Shown: positions 10,110-19,688 of the stretch, one piece after another
How positions within the stretch are numbered: the first letter of the stretch is position 1
Layout of the letters: the number at the start of each line of letters is the position of its first letter
Assembly: GCA_963741095.1 (NCBI GenBank)
Contig: CAVUGN010000009.1
Location: 1-64,000, forward strand
Source of the DNA: an uncultured Candidatus Micrarchaeota archaeon
GTDB lineage: Archaea; Micrarchaeota; Micrarchaeia; Micrarchaeales; Micrarchaeaceae
Direction: 5' to 3'
DNA length: 64,000 nt
Notes under the pieces: model-generated
Told to the model about the DNA's origin: nothing
The model's input: only the letters and a program-made list of their open reading frames with translations
Database searches by the model: none
Translations under genes and position numbers: made by a program

Positions 10110-11530
10110 CCAACCGATTTCGGCATGTCCAACTTTATCAGCCTCTTCAGCTCTATCGAATACTCCAGGGGCAGCTCGCTCGCCAATGGGTCGATGAATC
10201 CCATCACCACCGTTGTGATTGCCTCTTCTTCGCTAAGCCCCCTTGACATGAGGTAAAACAGCTCGTCCTCGCCGACCTTTCCCGTCCTCGCCTCGTGCGT
10301 GATCATCGCGTCCTCGTTGTAAGCCTCCATGTACGGGAAGGTCTTTGTCCTTGAGGCTTCATCAAGCAGCAGCGCGTCGCACCTCACAGTGGATTTCACA
10401 CCTGTCGCGTTCTTGTCTATGTGCAATAGCCCCCTGTAAGTTGTCATGCCGTTCCCCGCCGAAACGCTCTTCGATATTATCTGCGAGGTCGTCTCTGGCG
10501 CGAGATGGTACATCTTGCCTCCATTGTCCTGTACTTGGCCTTGGCCTGCAACTGCCACTGATAGCACAGAGCCCCTTGCGCCTCTTTCTCTCAGATAAAC
10601 CGAGGGGTACTTCATGTTCACTTTGCTGCCGATGTTTGCGTCGATCCATTCGACAAAAGCGTTCTCATAGGCGAAGGCCCTCTGCGTCACAAGGTTGTAA
10701 ACGTTCTTGGACCAGTTCTGTATTGTCACGTACCTGACGTGCGCGTTCTTCTTTGCTATTATCTCTACGACTGCGGCGTGCAGCGAAGAGCTCATGTATA
10801 TCGGAGCAGTGCAGCCTTCCGTGAACGTCACATCCGCGCCTTCTTCGGCAACTATCAATGTCCTCTCAAACTGTCCGGCCTTCTCGGTGTTTATCCTGAA
10901 ATAAGTCTGCAATGGCATCTTCACCTTCACGCCCTTCGGCACGTACAGGAACGTGCCCCCACTCCACACCGCAGTGTTAAGCGCCGCAAACTTGTTGTCC
11001 GTCGGCGGTATCACGGTGCCGAAATATTTCTTTATCATCTCCGGGTAGCGCTTGACCGCTTCGTCTGTGCTTACGAAGATGACTCCGTCCTTCGCGAGCT
11101 CGTCCTTTATGTGTGAATAGACTACCTCGGAATCGTACTGTGCCTCTCCGCCCGCAAAGAACTTCCTCTCCGCTTCGGGCACTCCCAGCTTGTCGAACGT
11201 CCTCTTTATCTCTTCGGGCACAGCGTCCCAGCTGCTGCTCTTCTTGTCAGTAGGCTCCAAGTAGTAGTAAATGTCATCGTAGTTTATGCCGCTCAGATCC
11301 GCCCCCCATTTCGGGGTCGGCCTGATCTGGAATTGGCTATAACCCATAAGCCTCTTCTCGAGCATCCAATCGGGTTCTCCCTTTATCTTGGATATCTGGC
11401 GCACAATACCTTCATCAAGGCCCTTCTTGCTCTTGAAAGTGTACTCAAACTTGTCGCTGAAGCCGTATCGTTTCTTGTAATCGGCGTCCTGCACCAAAGG
11501 GGCCTTGCCTCGGCCCTTACCGTCAACCAT
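10106..11530 (-). CDS. sufB: Fe-S assembly protein SufB
   Basis: GQFERTLI, EGCTAP, LHAAVVE, CDALL, HEA and ELPLEYS motifs. Confidence 0.96.
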   Translation of the reverse strand: MVDGKGRGKAPLVQDADYKKRYGFSDKFEYTFKSKKGLDEGIVRQISKIKGEPDWMLEKRLMGYSQFQIRPTPKWGADLSGINYDDIYYYLEPTDKKSSSWDAVPEEIKRTFDKLGVPEAERKFFAGGEAQYDSEVVYSHIKDELAKDGVIFVSTDEAVKRYPEMIKKYFGTVIPPTDNKFAALNTAVWSGGTFLYVPKGVKVKMPLQTYFRINTEKAGQFERTLIVAEEGADVTFTEGCTAPIYMSSSLHAAVVEIIAKKNAHVRYVTIQNWSKNVYNLVTQRAFAYENAFVEWIDANIGSKVNMKYPSVYLRERGARGSVLSVAVAGQGQVQDNGGKMYHLAPETTSQIISKSVSAGNGMTTYRGLLHIDKNATGVKSTVRCDALLLDEASRTKTFPYMEAYNEDAMITHEARTGKVGEDELFYLMSRGLSEEEAITTVVMGFIDPLASELPLEYSIELKRLIKLDMPKSVG

Positions 11531-11709
11531 ATTGCACCAGCTCTCGATATCTGCCTTGTTATAGATGGTCGTTAAACGTATTAAATCTTCTACTGCGAGC
11601 TCCGACTGATCGCATCAGAACGTGGCCCGCAATGTATGCGAAACAAGACCACACAACTTAAATACTTTTAATGTGCTAAAAAAATGTTCTAATTTTATCA
11701 CGTGGGATA

Positions 11710-13335
11710 ATGCCAAAATCAAATTTTGAGAACGAGTCCACCTACAGAAAGTTCGCGGACTCCGGCAGAGAGCAGGAATTCGATAACCTATTTGAAAAAG
11801 CGGTAATCGACGTCAAAAAGGGATTCGGATCGGTCCACCCGATGTACATCGGCGGCAAAGAAGTTTATTCTGAAGAGATGCTCACTGAAAAATCTCCGAT
11901 CAATTCAGACATAATCATCGGCAAATTCCAGAAAGGCAATCGCGAGCATGCAAAACAGGCAATACTTGCCGCGCAGAAGGCATTCATTTCATGGAGCGAG
12001 CTCGAATACAAAGAAAGGGCGCTGCTGTTCAGGAAGGCCGCAGACATCTTCTCAAAAGAAAAGTTCAACCTGTCCGCAATCCTGAGCTACGAGAACGGAA
12101 AATCACGGTATGAGTCGATCGGCGAGGTGGACGAAGCGATAGACTTCATGAGATACTACGCGAACGAGCTCGAGATCAACAAAGGCTACATGAGAAAGAC
12201 GTCATCAAAACCGGACGTGGCGAAAGTCGGTGCAGGGTTCCAGGGCGCCCCGTCCGCGGCGGAGAACGTTACGATATCCATGAAGCCCTACGGCGTTTTT
12301 GGAGTGCTTGCCCCATTCAACTTCCCTATTTCGATATCCGTGGGCATGGGCACCGCAGCGATGATCACCGGCAACACTGTCGTGTTCAAGCCATCGTCAA
12401 CGGACAACATGTCAATGCTAACGGGACTGAAAATATACGAGCTTCTCAAGCAGGCCGGCCTGCCAGACGGCGTGTTCAACTACATCACCGGGCCAGGTTC
12501 GGTCCTTGGCGATGAACTCGCATCAAACGACGGCGTTGCGGGCATAGCCTTCACGGGTTCCAAGTCGACAGGAATGAGCATGATATCAAGTGCCTTCGGC
12601 GCCGGAAAGCAAAAGGTCTTCGTGGTAGAGATGGGTGGAAAGAATCCAACCATAGTGTCGAAAAACGCAAACATCGACGATGCGGCTTCTGGAATATCCA
12701 GCGGTGCGTTCGGCTTCTCCGGGCAGAAGTGCAGCTGCACCTCAAGAGTCTACGTCCACGAGTCAATAAAGGAGCTGCTGGTGAGCAAGATGATCGAGAA
12801 GGCAAGGACGCTGAAGATCGGCAACCCATTGGAAAAGGATGTCTACATGGGTCCGCTCATAAGCGAGAGCGCACACAGGCGTTATACTGAATCAATAGAG
12901 CGGGCAAGGTCCACCGGCCGTGTTCTGTACGGCGGCAACACCGTCAAGCCGGGCCTCAACGGATTCTACGTGGAACCGGCGCTGGTAGAGGTGCGGCATG
13001 AGAGCGACCTTGTGCACAAGGAGCTCTTCGTCCCCATAATAACGATCGAGAGCTTCAAGACCCTTGACGAGGCAATAAACATGGCGAACGACGTCGAGTA
13101 CGGCTTAACCGCGGCGCTCTACAGCAGCAAGAGCCGCGAGATAAAAGAGTTCTCGAAGAGGATACAGGCGGGCACGGTGTACATAAACAGGGCCATAAGC
13201 TCCACCACCGGCGCAATGGTCGGCCTCCACACCTTCGTGGGATGGAAGGGCAGCGGCCTGACCGGCAAGGGCACGGGCAGCAAGCACTACCTACAGCAAT
13301 TCCTAAGGGAGCAGAGCATCTCGGTTGTCAAATAA
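11710..13335 (+). CDS. Delta-1-pyrroline-5-carboxylate dehydrogenase (RocA/PruA-type aldehyde dehydrogenase)
   Basis: F-N-E N-terminus, PFNFP, FTGS, EMGGKN, FGFSGQKCS, YINR and TGA motifs typical of P5CDH. Confidence 0.85.
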   Translation: MPKSNFENESTYRKFADSGREQEFDNLFEKAVIDVKKGFGSVHPMYIGGKEVYSEEMLTEKSPINSDIIIGKFQKGNREHAKQAILAAQKAFISWSELEYKERALLFRKAADIFSKEKFNLSAILSYENGKSRYESIGEVDEAIDFMRYYANELEINKGYMRKTSSKPDVAKVGAGFQGAPSAAENVTISMKPYGVFGVLAPFNFPISISVGMGTAAMITGNTVVFKPSSTDNMSMLTGLKIYELLKQAGLPDGVFNYITGPGSVLGDELASNDGVAGIAFTGSKSTGMSMISSAFGAGKQKVFVVEMGGKNPTIVSKNANIDDAASGISSGAFGFSGQKCSCTSRVYVHESIKELLVSKMIEKARTLKIGNPLEKDVYMGPLISESAHRRYTESIERARSTGRVLYGGNTVKPGLNGFYVEPALVEVRHESDLVHKELFVPIITIESFKTLDEAINMANDVEYGLTAALYSSKSREIKEFSKRIQAGTVYINRAISSTTGAMVGLHTFVGWKGSGLTGKGTGSKHYLQQFLREQSISVVK

Positions 13336-13371
13336 TTTGGTGTGCGATTGTTCCTAAAACTGATACAATCA

Positions 13372-13752
13372 ATGCAGCACTATTCCACTGCGCCCGTGCG
13401 GATAGGGGGCAAAACCTGCAGGGCATTGGTCGCGGACTCGTTCTTCAAGCGCGCCATAGGCCTCATGTACAGAAAAAGCATCGGCTGGGACATGTGCATG
13501 CTCTTCATCACCAACCGCGACAGCATGCAGAGCCTGACCATGCAGAACATGCTCTTCCCGATAGACGTGTTGTGGCTCAATAAGGATCTCAGGATAGTCG
13601 ACATGATGTCTGACCTGAAGCCGGACAAGGGATTCTCGCTGAAGACTTACAGCCCGAAGGGCAAGGCTCGGTACATCATCGAGCTCAGATCAGGATTCCT
13701 GAAAAAGAACAGCATAACCGCAGGGAGTAAAATAAAGATAAAAAAGGAATAG
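13372..13752 (+). CDS. DUF192 family protein
   Basis: RAIGLMYR, MLF, MxNMLFPIDV and YIIEL motifs. Confidence 0.85.
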   Translation: MQHYSTAPVRIGGKTCRALVADSFFKRAIGLMYRKSIGWDMCMLFITNRDSMQSLTMQNMLFPIDVLWLNKDLRIVDMMSDLKPDKGFSLKTYSPKGKARYIIELRSGFLKKNSITAGSKIKIKKE

Positions 13753-13781
13753 AAAACAAATCCGAAAAGAAGAGAGGAGAA

Positions 13782-14006
13782 TTACCTCCTTCCCCTCCTG
13801 TTCATCTTTGCCCTTGCAATGTAACCATTCTTGTCGATGAAGTACAGGAAACCCTCTTCCCTGCTAACCTTCTCGCTTCCTACCTTTGACTTTCTGCCCC
13901 TCGAGTTCGTCTTCATCGGCGTCCTCCAAGCATAGCCATCCTTTCCTAGGAAGTAGAGGTATCCATCTTCTCTTTCGATCTTTTCTCTGCCCACTTTTTC
14001 TGCCAT
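13782..14006 (-). CDS. Small basic two-repeat hypothetical protein (74 aa)
   Basis: Starts at MAEKVG with GGTG upstream; internal duplication REDGYLYFLGKDGY / REEGFLYFIDKNGY. Confidence 0.75.
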   Translation of the reverse strand: MAEKVGREKIEREDGYLYFLGKDGYAWRTPMKTNSRGRKSKVGSEKVSREEGFLYFIDKNGYIARAKMNRRGRR

Positions 14007-14148
14007 ACAATTCACCGAGAATACTTCTCCTAGTAGATTTAAATAACTATCGTCGGTAACGCCGTCGATAAGTCGAGGGTAAAACCCGAAAATCACGGGT
14101 ATAATTCAATGTTTTTATATGTATTCAATCAAAGAGGTTTGTGGTATT

Positions 14149-14883
14149 ATGATAAACATAAAGATTCTCAAGAAAAAAGATTTGAAAGGCTACACGCTAA
14201 TAGAAGGTTTCCCGGGCCTCGGTCTCGTCGGCCCGATGGCCATAAGCTACATAATCGACAAGCTCGGCATGGAGTACATCGGCTATCTGGAGAGCGACGA
14301 TTTCCCGCCGCTGATATCGATACACCACAAGACGCCAATGCCTCCGATCAGGGTCTACGCTAACGACAAGTACAAGATAGTCACCATATTCGCGGAGTTT
14401 GCGATGCCCATGGAGCTGATTTACCCGCTGAGCAATGCGGTGTACAAGTTCACAAAGGACAACGGCATCACAAAGATATTCTCGATAGGCGGAATACCGA
14501 AGCTGGACGGCAAGGACATAGTGTACGTCATGGCATCGACCCCCGAGCTCGTCAAGAGCCTCGAGAAATCGGGCTTCAAGCCGATAGAAGAGGGCGTAGC
14601 AACCGGAGTGAGCGCTCTGCTCCTCACCAGCTCCACACAGGACAAACTGTCGGACGTGAGCCTGCTGGTCCCTATAACTCAGAACATAATCGACCCCAAG
14701 TACGCAGAGCTTGCGATAAACAGCCTGAACACGCTGCTCCATCTCGACATAGACACCAACGAACTGGAGAAGGAGGCGAAGCTGGTCGAGGCTAAGATAC
14801 AGGAGCTCATAAAGAAGCACACCGAAAGCCACGAGAACCTGAAGCAGGGCATAAGCGACTCGGGCCCGTCAATGTACGCTTAA
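14149..14883 (+). CDS. Proteasome assembly chaperone (PAC2 family)
   Basis: LIEGFPGLGLVG motif, DP..A motif, C-terminal HbYX-like MYA. Confidence 0.9.
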   Translation: MINIKILKKKDLKGYTLIEGFPGLGLVGPMAISYIIDKLGMEYIGYLESDDFPPLISIHHKTPMPPIRVYANDKYKIVTIFAEFAMPMELIYPLSNAVYKFTKDNGITKIFSIGGIPKLDGKDIVYVMASTPELVKSLEKSGFKPIEEGVATGVSALLLTSSTQDKLSDVSLLVPITQNIIDPKYAELAINSLNTLLHLDIDTNELEKEAKLVEAKIQELIKKHTESHENLKQGISDSGPSMYA

Positions 14884-14885
14884 AT

Positions 14886-14990
14886 GCAGGGGTGGCGGAG
14901 TCTGGTCAGGCAAAGCGCCACAGAAAATCGCACGGGACTTAAGATCCCGCGGCCTTAGCGCCTACGTGAGTTCGAATCTCACCCCCTGCA
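14886..14990 (+). tRNA. tRNA-Leu(TAA) with ~18-nt D-loop intron (14908-14925)
   Basis: GCAGGGG/CCCCTGC acceptor, CGGGA-CTTAAGA-TCCCG anticodon arm, long variable arm; extra D-loop segment folds as a relaxed bulge-helix-bulge. Confidence 0.88.
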
Positions 14991-14993
14991 ATT

Positions 14994-15806
14994 TTAGGAT
15001 CCGGAGCGTAGCCTGGCCATCAGGTTTGTGCCGGTGCCTTCATCGCTCAGGATCTCGTGGAGCAGCGCGTGGTCCTTCGTGCCGTTTATTATGCTGACTC
15101 TTCCAACCCCGTTGTTCACCGCGAACAGTCCCGCGCTCACCTTTGGCTCCATCCCGCCGTTTATGCGGTTGTTCTGCAGCATCTCCCCATACGCGCTGCC
15201 ATTGACCTCGCGCAACAGGTTCTGGCCGTCCATGACCCCATCTATTCCTGTGACGAAAACCAGCCTTGCGGCTTTCAATCCCACGGCCACGGCGCTGGCG
15301 GCCATGTCCCCATTGATGTTGTACACTTGAGTGTCATCAAAGCCCAGCGGTGTCACCACTGGTATTGCGCCGGTCTCCATCATGCAGTGCAGCAGGCCCA
15401 CATTGACCTCGACCACGTTGCCCACGTAGCCGTAGACCGGTTCTGCGGGCTCCACCCTGAGCAATCCATTGTAGCCGACCACGTGCTCCGCCTTCTCGCC
15501 CATGCTGTCGGCGATGGCCGTCCCTATCCTCGGCATCACCTCCCTGAGCACCTCAAGTGCGCCGCAATCGGTCACTCTCGAACCCCTGAAGAAAATGGGC
15601 TCCATGCCCTTCGACTTCATCACCACGCTGACCTCCTTGCCGCCGCCGTGGACCACGACTGGATCCAATCCCATCCCCTGGAGAAACTTCACGTCGCCCA
15701 ACACCCCCGCGACGTAGGCATTGCCGAAGACGCTCTCGGTAAGGGAGCCTATCTTTACCACCAGGGTCTCGCCCTGCAGCGCCTTGATGTTCTTCTCGTT
15801 CTCCAT
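14994..15806 (-). CDS. argB: Acetylglutamate kinase
   Basis: VVHGGG, G.RVTD, GYVG, NINGD and GGMxPKV motifs. Confidence 0.85.
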   Translation of the reverse strand: MENEKNIKALQGETLVVKIGSLTESVFGNAYVAGVLGDVKFLQGMGLDPVVVHGGGKEVSVVMKSKGMEPIFFRGSRVTDCGALEVLREVMPRIGTAIADSMGEKAEHVVGYNGLLRVEPAEPVYGYVGNVVEVNVGLLHCMMETGAIPVVTPLGFDDTQVYNINGDMAASAVAVGLKAARLVFVTGIDGVMDGQNLLREVNGSAYGEMLQNNRINGGMEPKVSAGLFAVNNGVGRVSIINGTKDHALLHEILSDEGTGTNLMARLRSGS

Positions 15807-16072
15807 AAAATGGCCATTAATGCAATGCATACCTTTTCGCCCGAGATATAAAGCATTTCTGATGCAGTTCCGCTAATACCGGAAAAGTGCCCGAAGCCCA
15901 AGCAAATCTATTTAAACCCCTACCGCATAATATATCCGGTGCTATTATGGCAGCATGAGCTCTCATAGGCTCTAGTATTCGAAGGCGTTTTTCTGCTTTG
16001 TGAAGATACGTGGTCTAGAGGGTGTAATCTGTCGTTTTAATGCTTGTGAGATCGTGCTTTTGTGCGATTGAT

Positions 16073-16092
16073 GTGAGGAGAAGAGCTTGCAA
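16073..16092 (+). other. 5' arm of the pre-23S processing stem
   Basis: GAGGAGAAGAGCTTGCAA pairs over 18 bp with TTGCAAGCTTTTCTCCTC at ~18933-18950. Confidence 0.7.
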
Positions 16093-16096
16093 ATTT

Positions 16097-18926
16097 ATTT
16101 TAAGCCACCTAGAGGATGGCTTGGCTGTAGTTGCGAAGAAGGTCGTGGCAAGCTGCGATAAGCCCAGGGTAGCCGCAAGTCAGGCTTTGAACCTGGGATC
16201 ACCGATTTGTATCGAGAGATACGCGCACGCGGGGAACTGAAATATCTTAGTACCCGCAGGAGAAGAAAGCGAAAGCGATGCAGCAAGTAAAGCGATTAAA
16301 AGCTGCGAAGGGCGTACCGAATCCGGCCTTGCAAAAGGCTTGGAGATGTGGCGTAGCGCTCTATCCAAAGCACGAGTTGAACGTTCTGGAAAGAACGGCC
16401 ATAGAGAGTGACAGCCTCGTAAACGGAGTGTGATGGACGATGCTACAAACGAGTAATTCTGCTTGATTATGCAGAGTGAATACGGGGGCATTAAACCCCA
16501 ACCCTAAATATTGACTACAGACCGATAGCGTACAAGTACCGCGAGGGAAAGCTGAAAAGAACCCACACGTGTGGGATTGAAAAGATCTGAAACTAGGTGG
16601 CGACATGAAGGCAAGGCGCGAAAGCTTTGAAGTGACCTGAAGTGAAAATTCGAAAGAATCGAACGAAGGCCATGGAGCAGTGTCTTGTCATTCTTCTTGA
16701 AGCAAGAGCCAGGGAGTGTATTGGAGTGGCGAGCCGAAAGGCGCAGCGAAAGCGAGAGCACGCAGTATACGAGGTGCATGGTATGAAAATGCCTGAGTCA
16801 CTCTTTTACGACCCGAAGCCATTGTGAACTACGCGTGACTAGGGCGAAGCTAGACTAACGTCTGGTGGAGGCCCGCAACCTATTATGGCATGCCCTATTG
16901 GGTGAGTTACGTGTAGCGGCGATATACCTATCGAACATGGCAATAGCGGGTCCCCTCTGAAGTATCTTTAGGATAGCTTTGGGTTAGCTTGCGTATGCGG
17001 TAGAGCGACCGACTGGTGGGAATTGTGTCGTAAGGCACAGCTCACCTATCAAACTCCGAATGCATGCGCTGCGTAGATCCCAAGAGTCGGCGATACTGGG
17101 TAAGCTAGTACCGCGAGACTGCAAAGATAGTGAATAAGGTTAAGGTCCCCAAATCCGGATTGAGTGTTCTAAAAGTCGGGAGTATCATAGACAGCTGGGA
17201 GGTAGGCTCAGAAGCAGCCATCCTTTAAAAAACGCGTAATAGCGTACCAGTTGAGGTGCTCCTCACTGAAGATATACGGGGCTAAATCCGGTACCGATAC
17301 CCTATCGTGCGCAAGCACGGGTAAGAGGGCGCATGGCGTGGCAAGAAGTACCTTCGAAAGAAAGTATGGACCACGTCATAGAGAATATCCTGGTATTAGT
17401 AACAGCATATATGGGTGAGAATCCCATACACCGGAAGCACAAGGTTTTCTTCGCAACGCTCGTCAGCGGAGAGTTAGGCGATCCTAAGCTGCCTGCCAAT
17501 TACACGGCAGCAAAAGGGAAGATGGTTAATATTCCATCCCCTGGGATGTAGGTGTGGCAACACAAGGCAGATTTCTGAAGTTTGGGGATAGTCCTTTATT
17601 TGAGTGCAAAGGGCTGCGGAGTCTCGTTATGAGGAGAAGCAGCTAAATGAACTGATAGGATGAATTCCTGAGCCCGTGAAAAGGGAATCTGCAACGATCA
17701 TTCCAGTCCGTACCTAGAACCATTACAGGTGCTGCTGGCTGAACAAGCCAAGGTGTGACGGAATAACTGATGTTAGGGAATTCGGCAAATTGGTGGCGTA
17801 AGTTATCGATAAGCCATGTCTGCGTATGGGATATGCAGATGTCACTAACCAGGGAACGACAACTGTTTAACAAAAACACAACTCACCGCAAAGCCGAAAG
17901 GCCAAGCACAGTGGGTGACGCCTGCTCACCGCCAGTACGCGAAAGCCCTTTTCAAGGGGAAGAAGCGCTGGCAAAGAGCGGGGGTAACTCTGACCCTCTT
18001 GAGGTAGCGTAATACCTCGTCACTTAATAGGTGACTTGCATGAAGGGCGTAATGATCGTTCCACTGTCCCAACATTAGATCCGGTGAACTTACTACGCGG
18101 TGAATATGCCGCGATCTCTCAGTGGGAAAAGAAGACTCTATGAATCTTTACTACAGCCTGTAGTTGTTGTGAAATGGGTTATGCATAGTGTAAGTGGGAG
18201 CGTAGACGCATGGGCTTAGGCCCATGCTGAGCGACGATGTAACACCACTCTTAACCTGTTTTTCAGCTCACTTGAAAAAGGACATCTGCAGGTGGGTAGT
18301 TATACTGGACGGTTGCTTTCGATAATGAAACGAAAGTGACCAATGCTCTGCTTATGTGGCTTGGAAAACCACAGTTAAGCATAAAGGCAAATGCAGGGCT
18401 GACTGTATTCTGAAAAGCGTGGAATGCAGACTCGAAAGAGGGGCTTAACGAACTTTGGCAGCCCTTTTAATGGGGCTCCAAGCTGTCAAACAAGTTACTC
18501 TAGAAGTAATCGATTCGTCGCCGGCGAGAGTTCCCATCGACCCGGCGGTTTGACCCACCGATATGGACCCATGTTATCCCGGCCGTGCATAAGCGGCCAA
18601 AGGTTGGGCTGTTCGCCCATTAAAAACGTACGCGAGTTGCGTTCAGTCCGTCGTGAGACAGGACGGTATCATCTACTGGGAGTGTTAGTGCCAGAGGATA
18701 AGATCCCCCTAATACGAGAGGAACAGGGGATCGGCGCCTCTAGTGTACCGGTTGTGTTCGCATTGCCGGGTAGCCACGCGCCAAAAGGATAAGCCCTGAA
18801 AGCATCTAAGGGCGAAGCCACACCCGAAACTAGGCACTGGGACGGCCGCAATAGACGGCTTTGATAGGAAGGGGGCATAGATGGAGAGCGCAAGCGATCC
18901 ATGAACCTACCTTTACTAAAGTCCAA
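16097..18926 (+). rRNA. rrl: 23S rRNA (divergent; no 16S or 5S adjacent); ends approximate
   Basis: GAACTGAAATATCTTAGTA, GTACCGCGAGGGAAAG, CAGAAGCAGCCATC, GACAACTGTTTAACAAAAACACA, A-loop GGCTGTTCGCC, CGTCGTGAGACAG, SRL TACGAGAGGAAC and CTGAAAGCATCTAAG all occur in the correct order. Confidence 0.97.
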
Positions 18927-19077
18927 CAAATATTGCAAGCTTTTCTCCTCATCTTTTTTGATGAGTTTCTGCTACTCAGCGGACAGCATCGACAAAAGCC
19001 ATATATATCTGGAAAAACGGAGAGTAGGCTGTGATTGCACGGCTGAAAGAAACCTTTCGTTTGATGAAACGCGCTCG

Positions 19078-19650
19078 TTGTTCGCCCAGATAACCGCAAA
19101 AGGCAGCGTATACCAGGCCGCTGCAGAAACGTGCCGGGTGCTGACTGCCTACGGCGGTCACGAGAAACTGGTATCAAACATCGCGATCATATTCAACATG
19201 TCCCACATGTTCAATGATTGCAATGCGTACATAAGAGATATCTACGAAAGAGGCATGTCTCCGGATGAACGCTTCAAGGATGCGGCAATGGAAACCGTAC
19301 TGGATCTCAGGAAGTGCGGGTATGCTGAGGTGGCCTCGGAATTGGTCTCTGTATCCAACATAACCGAACCTGCCCTTGCGGACAAAAAGGCGCAGGTCGA
19401 GAAGCGCAGCATCAAAGAACGGCTGGACATATTGCATTGCTTCGAAGCGATGCGGCGCGGGGAACCCGTCAACCCTTCGGACTACGGCGAGTGGCTGAAC
19501 ATCTGGGCCAAAATATTCTCCAAAGCCGCCGCCGATCAGCGCGCTTCAGAAGCCGAAGAATTGCGTGTCGCAAGGCGCCAAGTGGCGGACACTATCCGTC
19601 TTTGTCTTCGTAAGCTGAAAGATGACGAAGGCCCGCCGCCGACCCAATGA
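19078..19650 (+). CDS. Hypothetical protein (start uncertain)
   Basis: Long open frame downstream of the 23S; the upstream part of the ORF overlaps the rRNA trailer. No recognisable motif. Confidence 0.5.
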   Translation: MFAQITAKGSVYQAAAETCRVLTAYGGHEKLVSNIAIIFNMSHMFNDCNAYIRDIYERGMSPDERFKDAAMETVLDLRKCGYAEVASELVSVSNITEPALADKKAQVEKRSIKERLDILHCFEAMRRGEPVNPSDYGEWLNIWAKIFSKAAADQRASEAEELRVARRQVADTIRLCLRKLKDDEGPPPTQ

Positions 19651-19688
19651 GAGTCAAGTGTTAAATAACCAGAAAACATAAACCAAAC

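Noticed and set aside
16040-18938. Numerous short ORFs on both strands
   Set aside because: They lie inside the 23S rRNA and have no protein motifs; no intron or homing-endonuclease insertion was seen in the rRNA.
18901-19077. 5' extension of the ORF after the 23S, or a frameshifted start at GTG 19031
   Set aside because: It overlaps the rRNA end and processing stem; there is no homology evidence to support a frameshift.
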